Positions 17,026 to 27,671 of a DNA stretch of 47,737 nucleotides are shown piece after piece. The stretch's first letter is position 1. The number at the start of each line of letters is the position of its first letter. Where the stretch lies: NCBI GenBank assembly GCA_035258265.1, contig DATEVZ010000312.1, positions 1 through 47,737 of the forward strand, written 5' to 3'. The translations under genes and the position numbers were made by a program. Under the pieces are notes generated by a model, which saw only the letters and a list, made by a program, of their open reading frames with translations, was not told the origin of the DNA and did not search any database. Source of the stretch: Candidatus Acidiferrales bacterium (GTDB taxonomy: Bacteria > Acidobacteriota > Terriglobia > Acidiferrales > UBA7541).

Positions 17026-20000
17026 ATGAGCCCTGATCTCAATCCGAAACTTCCGAATTTACCCGCTGTGGCGGGTTCGCCCGCGGCACCGGGTTTGCCA
17101 AGTTCGATCGACCTCGCAGCCGTGCGCGCGAAGCTCGCGCAGGAAAATGGCAAGCGCTTCTGGCAGAGCCTCGAGGAATTATCTGAAACGAAAGAATATC
17201 GCGAGTTCCTCGAAAACGAATTCCCGCACGATCCGGCCAAAGATCCGCAAGGCATCAATCGCCGCGACGTCCTAAAACTCGCGGCCGCTTCAGCCGCGCT
17301 CGCCGGCCTCAGTGCTTGCACCAAGCTTCCCACCCAGAAAATCGTGCCGTATGTGAAAGCACCGGAAGAAATCGTCGCAGGCAAGCCGCTCTTCTACGCC
17401 ACTTCCATGCCGCTCGCGGGAGTCGCCGCCGGCCTTTTGGTGGAAAGCCACATGGGCCGCCCCACGAAAATCGAAGGCAATCCCGAGCATCCTGGCAGCC
17501 TCGGCGGCACGGACGTCTTCGCGCAGGCTGCAACTCTCGGACTGTACGACCCGGACCGTTCGCAAACAGTGGTGCAGGAAGGACGCATCAGCGATTGGGG
17601 CGCTTTCCTCACGGCCATGGGAAATGCCAAATCACAACTCGCCGAAGGCGGCGCAGGGCTGCGCATTCTCACCGATACCATCACGTCGCCAAGCCTCGCC
17701 ACGCAAATTCGTGCTGTGCTGGCGAAATTTCCCCAGGCGAAATGGCATCAGTACGAACAGTGCGGCCGCGACAACGTGCGCGAGGGCACGCGCCTGGCCT
17801 TGGGCAAACCCATGAATCCCTTGTATCGCTTCGATCAAGCGGACGTGATCGTCTCCCTCGATGCCGATTTCATTTCGTCCGGCCCGGGACATGTGCGTTA
17901 TGCGCGCGATTTCGCTTCGCGCCGTGCGATCGAAGGTCCTTCTTCGACCCTGAACCGCCTCTATGTGGTCGAGAGCATGCCGACCAGCACTGGCGCTGTA
18001 GCCGACCATCGCAAGGCCATGCGTGCGTCCGACGTGGAAGCATTTGCGCGTGAGCTTGCGGCGCAGGTAGGCGTCGCAGGGGCGAGCGGCGGTGCGAATA
18101 GCAAGATCCCCGCGGACTGGAAAGCCGCAGTAGCTAAAGATTTGACGGCGCACCGCGGCACGTCGCTCGTGATGGCCGGAGGAGAACAACCGCCCGCCGT
18201 CCATGCCCTGGCCTGCGCGATGAATGCCGGGCTGGGCAACATTGGCAAAACCGTTTACTACACTGACCCGCTCGAAGCGAATCCGATCAACGAAATCGAA
18301 TCGCTGCGCGATTTGATGAACGACATCAACGCCGGCAAAGTGGAATTGCTATTCATGCTTGGCGGCAACAATCCCGTGTACGACGCCCCTGCCGATTTCG
18401 ACTTCGGCCCCGCGTTGCTAAAAGTGAAAATGCGCGTTCACTCGGGCCTCTACTACGATGAAACGGCGGAGCTCTGCCACTGGCACGTGCCCGCCGCGCA
18501 TTTCCTCGAAATGTGGGGAGACGCGCGCGCCTACGACGGCACCATCGGCGTGATTCAACCGCTGATCCAGCCGCTTTACGATGGCCATTCACCCTATGAA
18601 ATCCTCTCCGTTCTCACAGGTGACGCTGGCAAGTCCGGGCACGACATTGTCCGCGACTATTGGAAGTCGCAGCGCCCGGAGAAAGACAAAGCGTTCGACG
18701 CGTTCTGGGAGCGCTCGCTGCACGACGGCCTGATGGCAGGCACGGCTCTGCCCGCTACATCTGTTGCAGTACAACCGAATTTCTCGAAGGAAACTCAGCG
18801 ACAACAGGCAGCTGAAGGACTCGAAATTTCGTTCAAGCCCGATCCATCAATCTTCGATGGCCGTTTCGCTAATAACGGCTGGCTGCAGGAATTGCCCAAG
18901 CCCAACACACGTCTAACCTGGGACAATGCCGCGATGATCAGCCCCGCCACCGCGCAGCGCATGGGCCTCGAAGCCGGCGATTACGTGAAATTGCAACTCG
19001 TGACGCGCGAAACCAAAGCCGGCATCGTGATCGTTCCCGGCCACGCGGAAGATTCCATCACGCTGCACCTCGGCTACGGTCGCCGCCGCGCCGGCAACGT
19101 TGGCACCGGCCCGGGCTTCAACGCCAATTTCATCCGCACATCCGCGACGCCCTGCATTGCCACCGGGCTGAAAGTGGAAAGAACCGGCGACAAGTATTAT
19201 TTCGCGGTCACCCAACACCAATACATCATCGACCAGGAAGGCCATCCGGTCGAAAAAGAAAGCGTCGAAGAAGCGCGCCGCGATTTGGTGCGCATCGCCA
19301 CGCTCGATGAATTCCGCAAGAACCCGGACTTCGCACAGGACCCGCGCGAAGAAGCCACCAAGAGCCTCACCCTGTATCCCGGCTACAAATACGAGGGCTA
19401 CGCGTGGGGCATGGCCGTGGACCTCAACAAATGCGTCGGCTGCAATGCCTGCGTCATCGCCTGCCAGGCGGAAAACAATATTCCGGTGGTCGGCAAGGAA
19501 CAGGTGATGAAGGGCCGCGCGATGCACTGGATTCGCGTGGACACTTATTTTCGCGGCGACATTGACGCTCCCGAAACTTATTACGAGCCGGTGCTGTGCA
19601 TGCACTGCGAGAATGCGCCTTGCGAGGTTGTCTGCCCCGTCGGCGCCACGGTGCACAGCCCCGAAGGCCTGAATGAAATGGTGTACAACCGCTGCGTCGG
19701 CACGCGCTACTGCTCGAACAATTGCCCTTACAAAGTCCGGCGCTTCAATTTCCTGCTGTTCTCCGATTACACCACGCCCAGCCTTTTCGGCATGCGCAAT
19801 CCCAACGTCACCGTGCGCAGCCGCGGCGTGATGGAAAAATGTACCTACTGCGTGCAGCGCATCAACGCCGCGAAGATCACTTCCGAAGAAGAAAATCGCA
19901 GCGTGCGCGACGGCGAAATCGTCACGGCATGCCAGGGTGCTTGCCCGGCAAACGCGCTGGAGTTCGGTAATATCAACGACCCGCATAGCCGCGTGGCAAA

Positions 20001-20109
20001 ATTAAAAGCCCAATCGCGGAATTACAGTTTGCTGGACGATTTGAATACGCGCCCGCGCACTACGTATCTCGCGCGTGTGCGCAATCCGAATCCGGAGATT
20101 CACGAGTAG
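17026..20109 (+). CDS. actB: Alternative complex III subunit ActB (molybdopterin-oxidoreductase-like domain fused to a 4Fe-4S ferredoxin domain)
   Basis: Tat signal [22 protein letters not shown], length 1027 aa, and C-terminal Cys clusters [37 protein letters not shown] and CTYCVQRI...CQGACP. Confidence 0.95.
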   Translation: MSPDLNPKLPNLPAVAGSPAAPGLPSSIDLAAVRAKLAQENGKRFWQSLEELSETKEYREFLENEFPHDPAKDPQGINRRDVLKLAAASAALAGLSACTKLPTQKIVPYVKAPEEIVAGKPLFYATSMPLAGVAAGLLVESHMGRPTKIEGNPEHPGSLGGTDVFAQAATLGLYDPDRSQTVVQEGRISDWGAFLTAMGNAKSQLAEGGAGLRILTDTITSPSLATQIRAVLAKFPQAKWHQYEQCGRDNVREGTRLALGKPMNPLYRFDQADVIVSLDADFISSGPGHVRYARDFASRRAIEGPSSTLNRLYVVESMPTSTGAVADHRKAMRASDVEAFARELAAQVGVAGASGGANSKIPADWKAAVAKDLTAHRGTSLVMAGGEQPPAVHALACAMNAGLGNIGKTVYYTDPLEANPINEIESLRDLMNDINAGKVELLFMLGGNNPVYDAPADFDFGPALLKVKMRVHSGLYYDETAELCHWHVPAAHFLEMWGDARAYDGTIGVIQPLIQPLYDGHSPYEILSVLTGDAGKSGHDIVRDYWKSQRPEKDKAFDAFWERSLHDGLMAGTALPATSVAVQPNFSKETQRQQAAEGLEISFKPDPSIFDGRFANNGWLQELPKPNTRLTWDNAAMISPATAQRMGLEAGDYVKLQLVTRETKAGIVIVPGHAEDSITLHLGYGRRRAGNVGTGPGFNANFIRTSATPCIATGLKVERTGDKYYFAVTQHQYIIDQEGHPVEKESVEEARRDLVRIATLDEFRKNPDFAQDPREEATKSLTLYPGYKYEGYAWGMAVDLNKCVGCNACVIACQAENNIPVVGKEQVMKGRAMHWIRVDTYFRGDIDAPETYYEPVLCMHCENAPCEVVCPVGATVHSPEGLNEMVYNRCVGTRYCSNNCPYKVRRFNFLLFSDYTTPSLFGMRNPNVTVRSRGVMEKCTYCVQRINAAKITSEEENRSVRDGEIVTACQGACPANALEFGNINDPHSRVAKLKAQSRNYSLLDDLNTRPRTTYLARVRNPNPEIHE

Positions 20110-20113
20110 ATTC

Positions 20114-20650
20114 ATGAAGCGCAAACCAATTTACGGATTGCTGGCCGAGTTCGAGACGCCCGAAGAATTGCTCGTAGCGGCGCGTCGCACTCACGACGCA
20201 GGCTACCAGAGCATCGACGCGTTTTCGCCGCTGCCCATCGAAGGACTGGCCGAAGCTGTCGGCTTCCACGGCACGATTCTTCCCGCCGTGGTCTTCACCG
20301 GTGGATTGCTCGGTGGCCTCACCGGATTTTTCATGCAGTACTACGCGAACGTGATCAGCTACCCGCTCAACATTGGCGGTAAGCCGCACAATAGCTGGCC
20401 GGCCTTCATTCCAATCACCTTTGAGCTAACGGTACTCGGCGCGGCACTCTGCGCCGTCTTCGGCATGCTCGCGATGAACGGCCTGCCCACGCCGTATCAC
20501 CCGGTGTTCAATGTCGCGCGATTCGCGCTCGCGTCGAAAGATCGGTTTTTCCTGGTGGTGAAGAAGCGCGACAAGAAATTCGATTTGGCGGGAACCAAGG
20601 CATTCCTGGAAAGCCTGAAGCCACACGGAGTCTTCGAGATTGAGGTCTAA
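20114..20650 (+). CDS. actD: Alternative complex III subunit ActD (DUF3341-type membrane subunit)
   Basis: [31 protein letters not shown] followed by two TM helices. The ATG lies 4 nt after the actB stop, whereas the ORF track start at 20075 overlaps actB. Confidence 0.85.
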   Translation: MKRKPIYGLLAEFETPEELLVAARRTHDAGYQSIDAFSPLPIEGLAEAVGFHGTILPAVVFTGGLLGGLTGFFMQYYANVISYPLNIGGKPHNSWPAFIPITFELTVLGAALCAVFGMLAMNGLPTPYHPVFNVARFALASKDRFFLVVKKRDKKFDLAGTKAFLESLKPHGVFEIEV

Positions 20651-21278
20651 TCCACAACTCGCAATCGCCCGAGCCCGGCTCGCGCGCTGCTCTGGCATCG
20701 TCTATCTCGCCGCGGCAGCGATGCTGCTTTGCGGCTGCCGGCTGGATATGCATGTACAGCCTAAATATTTGCCCTACGAGCCGACCACCTTCTTTGACGA
20801 CGGTCGCTCCGAACGGCCGCCAGTTCCCGGCACCGTGGCGCGCGGCCACTTGCACCTGGATGAATTGCTCTATACCGGCAAGGAGAATGGCGTTGAGTCC
20901 AATCGCTTCCCCTTCCCCATGACGCACGAAGATCTCGAGCGCGGCCGCCAGCGCTACAACATTTACTGCACGCCGTGTCACGATTACACCGGCAGCGGTC
21001 ACGGAATCATCGTGCAAAGAGGGTTTCCGCCGCCGCCGTCATACCACATTGACCGGATCCGGCAGGCTCCGGTAGGACATTATTTTGATGTGATCACGAA
21101 TGGCGACGGTTCGATGTACAGCTACGCCTCCCGCATCGAGCCCGAAGACCGCTGGCGCATCGCGGCCTATATTCGCGTGCTGCAATTGAGCCAGCACGCC
21201 TCGCTGCAGGACGTGCCGGAAGCCGAGCGTCAGAAATTGACGCAGCAGCAGACTCAAACCCCAGGACAACCGCAATGA
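20640..21278 (+). CDS. actE: Alternative complex III monohaem cytochrome c subunit ActE (lipoprotein-like signal)
   Basis: A single CTPCH haem motif and a signal peptide ending LLCGC. The putative TTG start overlaps actD by 11 nt, and the start is uncertain. Confidence 0.85.
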   Translation: MRSNPQLAIARARLARCSGIVYLAAAAMLLCGCRLDMHVQPKYLPYEPTTFFDDGRSERPPVPGTVARGHLHLDELLYTGKENGVESNRFPFPMTHEDLERGRQRYNIYCTPCHDYTGSGHGIIVQRGFPPPPSYHIDRIRQAPVGHYFDVITNGDGSMYSYASRIEPEDRWRIAAYIRVLQLSQHASLQDVPEAERQKLTQQQTQTPGQPQ

Positions 21279-22357
21279 GCGCGCTAGTTCACGCATATCT
21301 GGTTGCCTATATCTATTGGCTGATGATTCCGCTCGGATGCACCGCAATTTTGATGATGCATCACCTCACCGGTGGATGGTGGGGCTATCCCATCCGGCGG
21401 CTGCTCGAAGCGGGTTCGCGCACCTTTGGGTTGATGGCCATCCTCTTCGTCCCCATCCTGCTGGGCATGAAGCAGCTGTACCCGTGGGTGACGGGCCCCG
21501 GAGATATGGCCGACGATCCCAATTACCGCTTCAAGCTGTCCTATCTGAACCCGCAATTCTTCATCGGGCGTGTGGTAATTTACTTCGCCATCCTGCTGAT
21601 GCTTTCCTACTTCCTTAACAAGTGGTCGCGCGAGCAGGACCGCACCGGCGACCCATCGCTCGCCAAAAAGCTGGAAGGAATCAGCGGACCCGGCCTCATT
21701 CTCTGGGGCATCGTTGTCACCTACGCGATGATTGATTGGGTCATGTCGCTCGAACCCAAATGGTTCTCCACCATCTACGGAATGATCTTCATGATCGTCG
21801 GCGCACTCACCGCTATGTCCTTCATCGTTTTGATTCTGCGCCGGCTCTCCGACGAAGCTCCTTTCAAGGGCGCGGTCACTCCCGGACAGTACAACGACCT
21901 CGGCAATCTGATGCTCGCGTTCACGATGTTGTGGGCCTACCTGTCGTTTTCCCAGTTCCTGATCATCTGGTCCGGCAACATCAAAGACGAAATTCCCTGG
22001 TATATGACGCGCGCCTTCGGTGATTGGGCCATCGTTGCGGTAATTCTGATCGTCCTACATTTCGCGCTCCCGTTTTTGCTGCTCTTGCAACGTAACGTCA
22101 AGCGCCGCGTCGAGCGCCTCTATCTCGTCGCAGCCATGATGCTGATTCTCAGCATGGTGGACGTCTACTGGCTCATCGTTCCGGCTTACGAACAGGACAA
22201 GCCGCATTTCGGCTCGTTGCTGCTGGATATTTTGTTCCTGGCCATTATTGGCGCAATCTGGATCGGCCTGTATTTCCGCGAATTGAAGAAAATGCCGATG
22301 CTGCCGCTGCACGACCCGCGCTTTGAAGGAGAGCTCCAGCATGAGCATGGAGACTAA
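21275..22357 (+). CDS. actF: Alternative complex III subunit ActF (second NrfD-like membrane subunit)
   Basis: A 360-aa polytopic membrane protein with an ATGA overlap with actE. Its position and size fit ActF. Confidence 0.85.
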   Translation: MSALVHAYLVAYIYWLMIPLGCTAILMMHHLTGGWWGYPIRRLLEAGSRTFGLMAILFVPILLGMKQLYPWVTGPGDMADDPNYRFKLSYLNPQFFIGRVVIYFAILLMLSYFLNKWSREQDRTGDPSLAKKLEGISGPGLILWGIVVTYAMIDWVMSLEPKWFSTIYGMIFMIVGALTAMSFIVLILRRLSDEAPFKGAVTPGQYNDLGNLMLAFTMLWAYLSFSQFLIIWSGNIKDEIPWYMTRAFGDWAIVAVILIVLHFALPFLLLLQRNVKRRVERLYLVAAMMLILSMVDVYWLIVPAYEQDKPHFGSLLLDILFLAIIGAIWIGLYFRELKKMPMLPLHDPRFEGELQHEHGD

Positions 22358-22871
22358 ACACGGGCCCGGGCGCGACCCGCACGGCGCGCCGCACGAAGGC
22401 TACGAACACAGCGACGCCAATCCGCGCAGCTTGTCAAAATGGGCGGTAGCGCTGGCGATCGTGATGGTCATCGTCTTTGTCGCCATGAGGTGGCTGTTCT
22501 TTTTCTATGGAAAAGTCCAGAGCCTGGGCCGGCCTGCTTCACCGTTCGAAAACGCGCGCGTGTTGCCGCCGCATCCGAGATTGCAAACCGATCCTCGCGC
22601 GGACCTTCACGCGTACTGCGCTCAGCAGCTCGCGACGTTGAATAGTTACGGATGGGCGGACCAGCACAATGGAGTGGTGCACATCCCAGTTGACCGCGCC
22701 ATGGAGCTGACGCTGCAGCAAGGTTTGCCGGCGCGCGCTGCGGGAGAAGTTCCGCCCGGCATCAGCAATCCGGCGCCCTTCGTGCCCAATGTCACAGACG
22801 CGCAAGGCCCCTGCGGCTTCGTCACCGAGCGTGATGCGGACCACGAAATGAGCGAGGAAGCGAAGCACTAG
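22341..22871 (+). CDS. Single-TM membrane protein coupled to actF (candidate accessory subunit of the ACIII/oxidase cluster)
   Basis: ATG 22341 is preceded by GAAGGAG at 22325-22331 and overlaps the actF end by 17 nt. It has a His-rich N-terminus, one TM (WAVALAIVMVIVFVAMRWLFFFY), and a periplasmic part containing LNSYGWADQHNGVVHIPVDRAM. Confidence 0.65.
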   Translation: MSMETKHGPGRDPHGAPHEGYEHSDANPRSLSKWAVALAIVMVIVFVAMRWLFFFYGKVQSLGRPASPFENARVLPPHPRLQTDPRADLHAYCAQQLATLNSYGWADQHNGVVHIPVDRAMELTLQQGLPARAAGEVPPGISNPAPFVPNVTDAQGPCGFVTERDADHEMSEEAKH

Positions 22872-23000
22872 CCGCAGCCCGTTGCTGGGGTTTTCAGGAG
22901 GTCGGAGCTTTAGCTCCGCCAATAAACGTGACTCTGTTGCAGGGGCTTTCGTCTCTGCGGGCGAGTTCGGATCTTTTAACGCGGTAGAGGAAAATCTTAG

Positions 23001-23870
23001 TTGCGTGGATCTGCCAATTTCGACTTGAAACAAAAATGTCTCGCGGCGCTCGCGACAAGCGTCGCCGCCCTGGCGCTCGCGTCCAGCGCCAGAGCCCAAC
23101 TAACATCGGACCCCCTGCAAAGCGTGGGCGTGCGCCCGGAGCTCCTGAAACAGGTGGGAATCGACCAGAAACTGAACCAGCCCATCCCCCTAAATCTCGC
23201 GTTCCACGATGAAAACGGCAAGACCGTGCAACTCAACGAATACTTCGGCCAGAAGCCGGTTATCCTCACACTGGTGTATTACAACTGCCCGATGCTCTGC
23301 ACGCAAATCCTGAACGGCGTCGAATCGGGACTAAAAGAACTGCCGATGGATATCGGCAAACAGTTCAACGTGGTCACCGTCAGCATCGACCCAACCGACA
23401 CACATGTGCTGGCCTCGGTGAAACAGGAGATGTACACCGGAATGTACGGCCGCACCGGTGCCGCTCAAGGATGGCATTTCCTTACTGGCGATGAACCGCA
23501 AATCAAACAACTCGCCGCCGCCGCCGGCTTCCGCTACGCTTACGATCCCGATACCAAGCAGTTCGCGCACGCCAGCGCCATCATGATCTTGACACCCGAA
23601 GGAAAAATTTCGCGCTATCTCTACGGCATTCAGTTCCCTTCGCGCGACCTGCGTCTGGGCCTGGTGGAAGCGTCGGAAGGAAAAATCGGCTCGCCCGTGG
23701 ATCAGGTTTTGCTCTTTTGCTACCACTACGATCCACACACCGGAAAATATGGCTTACTGATTTCGCACATCATCCAGGCCGGTGGAGCGCTTACCGTGTT
23801 GATCATTGGAGTGGTTGTGCTGATTTTGTTTCGCGGCGAGCATTACGCGCTGCCGCAAAGAAAGGCATGA
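23001..23870 (+). CDS. SCO1/SenC-family copper chaperone (CuA assembly)
   Basis: Thioredoxin-like CxxxC motif YYNCPMLCTQ, a downstream His (FAHASAIMIL), a signal peptide, and a C-terminal TM. The start is TTG at 23001 or 23022. Confidence 0.85.
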   Translation: MRGSANFDLKQKCLAALATSVAALALASSARAQLTSDPLQSVGVRPELLKQVGIDQKLNQPIPLNLAFHDENGKTVQLNEYFGQKPVILTLVYYNCPMLCTQILNGVESGLKELPMDIGKQFNVVTVSIDPTDTHVLASVKQEMYTGMYGRTGAAQGWHFLTGDEPQIKQLAAAAGFRYAYDPDTKQFAHASAIMILTPEGKISRYLYGIQFPSRDLRLGLVEASEGKIGSPVDQVLLFCYHYDPHTGKYGLLISHIIQAGGALTVLIIGVVVLILFRGEHYALPQRKA

Positions 23871-23929
23871 ACGCGGACGCTGCGCGAAAGCCCGCTCCTC
23901 CGCGAAAGGCTTACTCAGAGAGATTATGA
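23867..23929 (+). CDS. 20-codon bridging mini-ORF ([20 protein letters not shown]) between the SCO gene and ctaC
   Basis: Its ATG overlaps the SCO stop (ATGA, 23867-23870). Its TGA overlaps the ctaC ATG (ATGA, 23926-23929). Read directly from the sequence, with no homology evidence. Confidence 0.2.
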   Translation: MNADAARKPAPPRKAYSERL

Positions 23930-24921
23930 CTGGTCTGATTCAATCGAGCTTGCACCCCCTAGCCGCGGCGGCCATGCTGATCCCGCTCAAGCCGAGGGCC
24001 GCTTCCTCCATCGCCCAAGGTGTGGATAACCTATATTTCGCACTGACGGTGATCACGCTCTTTTTCACCATCCTGATTTTCTCCACCATTTTCTTTTTCA
24101 TGATCAAGTACCGCCGCCGCTCTCCGGACGAAATCCCTGCGGACACCGGCGAGCACCTGGGCCTGGAACTGACCTGGACGATCGTCCCCACCCTGATCAC
24201 TGTGTTCATTTTTATCTGGGGTTCCAGTTTGTACTTTGAAAATTCCAGACCACCGGAAGCTGCCACCGAAATTTTTGTCGTCGGCAAGCAATGGATGTGG
24301 CATATCCAGCATCCCGAAGGTGTGCGCGAAATCAATGAGCTGCACGTCCCGGTGAATACGCCGATCAGCATCACCATGACCTCAGACGACGTCATCCACG
24401 ATTTCTACATCCCCGCATTCCGCGTGAAGAAAGACGCCGTTCCCGGCCGCTACACTTCACTCTGGTTCCAAGCCACCAAGATTGGCACCTATCACATTTT
24501 TTGCGGCCAATACTGCGGCGCGGACCATGCCGAAATGATCGGCTGGGTCTACGTAATGTCGGGCACCGATTACGCTGCGTGGCTCTCCGGCGGCGCAAGG
24601 AACGAATCAATGGCGCAAACCGGCGAGCGGCTCTTCAACCAGCTCGGCTGCGTCACCTGCCACGTTACGGACGGCACCGGCCGGGGGCCCTCCCTGGTCG
24701 GCCTCTACGGCAAACCGGAAAAATTGCGCGACGGCAGCACAAGGGTCGTGGATGAGACCCTCATCCGCCAGGCCATCGTCAATTCCAATTCCATCCCGTT
24801 ACCTAATTATCCGCCGATCATGCCCTCCTTCCAGGGCCAGGTTAACGAGGAGCAGGTGCTGCAGCTGATCGCCTACGTGAAATCGCTCGGCGCGGAAGAA
24901 AGGAAGACCAACGGCAAATGA
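23926..24921 (+). CDS. ctaC: Cytochrome c oxidase subunit II with a fused C-terminal cytochrome c domain (caa3-type)
   Basis: Two N-terminal TM helices, CuA motif [15 protein letters not shown], and C-terminal haem c motif CVTCH. Confidence 0.95.
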   Translation: MTGLIQSSLHPLAAAAMLIPLKPRAASSIAQGVDNLYFALTVITLFFTILIFSTIFFFMIKYRRRSPDEIPADTGEHLGLELTWTIVPTLITVFIFIWGSSLYFENSRPPEAATEIFVVGKQWMWHIQHPEGVREINELHVPVNTPISITMTSDDVIHDFYIPAFRVKKDAVPGRYTSLWFQATKIGTYHIFCGQYCGADHAEMIGWVYVMSGTDYAAWLSGGARNESMAQTGERLFNQLGCVTCHVTDGTGRGPSLVGLYGKPEKLRDGSTRVVDETLIRQAIVNSNSIPLPNYPPIMPSFQGQVNEEQVLQLIAYVKSLGAEERKTNGK

Positions 24922-26567
24922 GCACCACGGTCATTGCGGAACCGCCCGGCCATGAAGTTCCGGCTGGATCGCGCGTCAACTATCTGAACGCGAACTACGG
25001 CGTGAAGTCCTGGCTCTTTACCACGGACCACAAGCGCATCGCGCTGCTGTATCTCGGCTCGATCACTCTGATGTTTTTTGTTGGCGGCTTTTTCGCAGTG
25101 ATGATGCGCCTGCACCTCATCGAGCCCCAGGGCGCCTTGGTCGCTCCCGAAACCTACAACAAGCTGTTCACCATGCACGGAGTCATCATGGTGTTTTTCT
25201 TCCTGGTGCCTTCGATTCCCGCCACCTTGGGCAATTTCCTCGTGCCCATGATGATCGGCGCGCGCGACCTGGCTTTCCCGCGGCTCAACCTTCTCAGCTG
25301 GTACATCTACATCATCGGTGCGGCGTTCACGCTTTACGCCGTCATTTCCGGCGGCGTGGACACCGGATGGACGTTCTACACGCCCTATAGCAGCACGTTT
25401 TCGCACACCAGCGTGATCCCTACGGCTCTCGGCGTGTTCATCACCGGATTCTCCTCGATTCTCACGGGATTGAATTTCGTCGTCACCATTCACAAAATGC
25501 GTGCTCCCGGGCTAACCTGGTTCCGGCTCCCGCTTTTCATCTGGGCCATGTACGCCACCAGCATCATTTTCATTCTGGGCACGCCGGTGATCGCGATCAC
25601 GCTGTTCCTCTTGTTCCTCGAACGCGTCATGCACATCGGCATCTTTGACCCCGCCATTGGCGGCGACCCGATTCTGTTCCAGCATCTTTTCTGGTTCTAT
25701 TCCCACCCCGCCGTGTACATCATGATTCTGCCCGGCATGGGTGTGATGAGCGAACTGATTACCTGCTTCTCCCGCAAGCGGATTTTCGGCTACAGCTTCG
25801 TGGCTTTCTCCAGCTTGGCGATCGCGATCATCAGTTTTTTGGTCTGGGGACATCACATGTTCGTCACCGGCCAATCCATCTACGCGGGGCTGATTTTCTC
25901 GGTGCTGAGTTTCCTGGTGGCGATCCCCTCCGCAGTAAAAGTTTTCAATTGGACGGCCACGCTCTATAAAGGCTCGATTTCCTACGACGCCCCGATGCTC
26001 TACGCGCTCGGCTTCATCGGCCTGTTCACCATGGGCGGCCTCACGGGACTGTTCCTGGCGTCGCTCGCCACCGACGTCCATCTCAACGGCACCTATTTCA
26101 TCGTCGCCCATTTCCACTACATCATGGTCGGCGGCGCGGTGATGGCGTACCTCGGCGGCATTCATTTCTGGTGGCCGAAAATTACCGGGCGCTTGTACCC
26201 GGACGGTTGGGCTCGATTTGCCGCGCTGGTAATCTTCGTCGGATTCAATCTCACTTTCTTTCCGCAATTTATGCTGGGATACCTGGGCATGCCGCGCCGC
26301 TATGCCGTTTATCCCAGCGAATTCCAGGTCTTGAACGTGATGTCGTCCGCCGGCGCTTCCATTCTCGGCATCGGCTATTTGATCCCGCTGATCTATTTGC
26401 TCTGGTCCATTCGTTATGGGCCGGTCGCTGGACCGAATCCCTGGCGCGCCAAGGGCCTTGAATGGCAAACGCCTTCGCCGCCGCCCACTGAAAATTTTGA
26501 GGAGATTCCTATCGTTACCGAAGACGCCTACGATTACGCGGGTGTCACAGGAGCAGGCCGTGGCTGA
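24918..26567 (+). CDS. ctaD: Cytochrome c oxidase subunit I
   Basis: A 12-TM haem-copper oxidase with WGHHMF and HFHYIM motifs. It has an ATGA overlap with ctaC. Confidence 0.97.
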   Translation: MSTTVIAEPPGHEVPAGSRVNYLNANYGVKSWLFTTDHKRIALLYLGSITLMFFVGGFFAVMMRLHLIEPQGALVAPETYNKLFTMHGVIMVFFFLVPSIPATLGNFLVPMMIGARDLAFPRLNLLSWYIYIIGAAFTLYAVISGGVDTGWTFYTPYSSTFSHTSVIPTALGVFITGFSSILTGLNFVVTIHKMRAPGLTWFRLPLFIWAMYATSIIFILGTPVIAITLFLLFLERVMHIGIFDPAIGGDPILFQHLFWFYSHPAVYIMILPGMGVMSELITCFSRKRIFGYSFVAFSSLAIAIISFLVWGHHMFVTGQSIYAGLIFSVLSFLVAIPSAVKVFNWTATLYKGSISYDAPMLYALGFIGLFTMGGLTGLFLASLATDVHLNGTYFIVAHFHYIMVGGAVMAYLGGIHFWWPKITGRLYPDGWARFAALVIFVGFNLTFFPQFMLGYLGMPRRYAVYPSEFQVLNVMSSAGASILGIGYLIPLIYLLWSIRYGPVAGPNPWRAKGLEWQTPSPPPTENFEEIPIVTEDAYDYAGVTGAGRG

Positions 26568-26568
26568 G

Positions 26569-27255
26569 ATGGCCGCACATGGCGCGCATCCCGAGGGATT
26601 CGCACATCAATTCGAAGATATGGAGCAGCAGCGCGAGGCCGGTAGCCTGGGGATGTGGGTGTTTCTGGTCACCGAAATCATGTTCTTCGGCGGCCTGTTC
26701 GCCACCTACATCATTTACCGCTCGCTGTACTTGCCTTCCTTTGAAATCGGCAGCCGCTTGCTCAATGTGAAGTTTGGTGCGGCCAACACGGCCGTACTGA
26801 TCGGCAGCAGCCTGACCATGGCTCTTGCGATCCACGCCGCGCAGGCCGGCAAGAAAAAATCCGAGCAGGTGATGTATCTGGTCCTCACCATGATTCTGGG
26901 CGCCGCTTTCCTGTTCTTGAAATTCAATTTCGAGTGGCGCGCCGATTATGCCGAACACCTGATCCCCGGATTTGGCTTCATCATTCGCCCCGAGTGGGGC
27001 GGCGCCGGCTCGCATGTCCCCATGTTTTTCTGCTTTTACTTCTTCATGACCGGCTTGCACGCGCTGCACATGATTATCGGGTTCGGCATCCTCAGCGTCC
27101 TGACGGTCATGGCCTCGCGCGGCCGCTTTAATTCAGAATACTACGCGCCTCTTGAAGTTAGTGGCCTCTACTGGCACTTCGTGGACATCGTGTGGATTTT
27201 CCTGTTTCCGCTGCTCTACTTGATCGGCGGGCGATACGTCATGGGAGGCCACTAG
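26569..27255 (+). CDS. ctaE: Cytochrome c oxidase subunit III
   Basis: The ATG is 1 nt after the ctaD stop. The sequence MWVFLVTEIMFFGGLF...WHFVDIVWIFLFPLLY is typical of subunit III. The ORF-track start at 26416 is an upstream extension inside ctaD. Confidence 0.9.
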   Translation: MAAHGAHPEGFAHQFEDMEQQREAGSLGMWVFLVTEIMFFGGLFATYIIYRSLYLPSFEIGSRLLNVKFGAANTAVLIGSSLTMALAIHAAQAGKKKSEQVMYLVLTMILGAAFLFLKFNFEWRADYAEHLIPGFGFIIRPEWGGAGSHVPMFFCFYFFMTGLHALHMIIGFGILSVLTVMASRGRFNSEYYAPLEVSGLYWHFVDIVWIFLFPLLYLIGGRYVMGGH

Positions 27256-27590
27256 TGTCCGCGCACATCGTGCCGGTGAAAACCTACGCCGCAATATTCA
27301 TCGCGCTACTGGTCCTTACCGCCCTCACCACCGCCGTGGCTTTCGTGGACCTCGGCCCGTTGAATACGGTCGCCGCGCTGACGATTGCGGTGATCAAGAT
27401 GCTCCTGGTTATCCTGTTTTTCATGCACGTGAAATACAGCAGCGGCCTAACCAGAATCGTCATCATCGCCGGCTTTTTCTTCCTGGCGATCCTCGTGTCC
27501 CTTACGCTGGCTGACGAATTCACCCGCGGCTGGACTCCCAACCCCGGCGCCTGGAGCATGATAGCCCCATTCCTCCGCGACCTCTTCTAA
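27255..27590 (+). CDS. ctaF: Cytochrome c oxidase subunit IV (caa3 CtaF-type small subunit)
   Basis: The GTG start overlaps the ctaE TAG by 1 nt. It has three TM helices and the IKMLLVILFFMHVKYSS motif. Confidence 0.8.
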   Translation: MSAHIVPVKTYAAIFIALLVLTALTTAVAFVDLGPLNTVAALTIAVIKMLLVILFFMHVKYSSGLTRIVIIAGFFFLAILVSLTLADEFTRGWTPNPGAWSMIAPFLRDLF

Positions 27591-27671
27591 CGCCGCTCCT
27601 TCTCGCTGGTTGAAGTCCGTGAAAAACCTTCATCCGCTGAGGCCGCGAGTTTAAGGTTCCCTACACATTCA

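Noticed and set aside
18913-19986. 357-aa minus-strand ORF inside actB
   Set aside because: It is antisense to the Fe-S domain of ActB. The product is Ala/Gly/His/Arg-rich with no motifs. The same reasoning applies to 25512-26468 (antisense to ctaD), 11293-12288 (antisense to the M1 peptidase), 2716-3753 (antisense to the TonB-like and oxidoreductase genes), 37276-38043 (antisense to tmk-like-2) and 31956-32879 (antisense to the M28 peptidase).
17026-20109. A functional link between the orphan fdhD and ActB, which has a molybdopterin-oxidoreductase-like fold
   Set aside because: From established knowledge, ActB-type subunits lack the molybdenum cofactor, so an FdhD requirement is not expected. 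The genes are also 21 kb apart.
22903-22918. Hairpin CGGAGC-TTTA-GCTCCG after the actF-coupled gene, considered as a fourth member of the 70-nt repeat family
   Set aside because: It shares only the stem-TTTA-stem-CC design of hairpin 1, and the flanking sequence does not align with the family. It has no U-tract, so it is not convincingly a terminator either.
26416-26568. Upstream extensions of several real genes in the ORF track: ctaE from 26416, ctaF from 27192, uraH from 45041, actD from 20075, the P1 peptidase from 31846, and ppx from 37997
   Set aside because: Each extension overlaps the preceding gene. In each case an internal start sits at or next to the upstream stop codon and gives a protein of canonical length and N-terminus.
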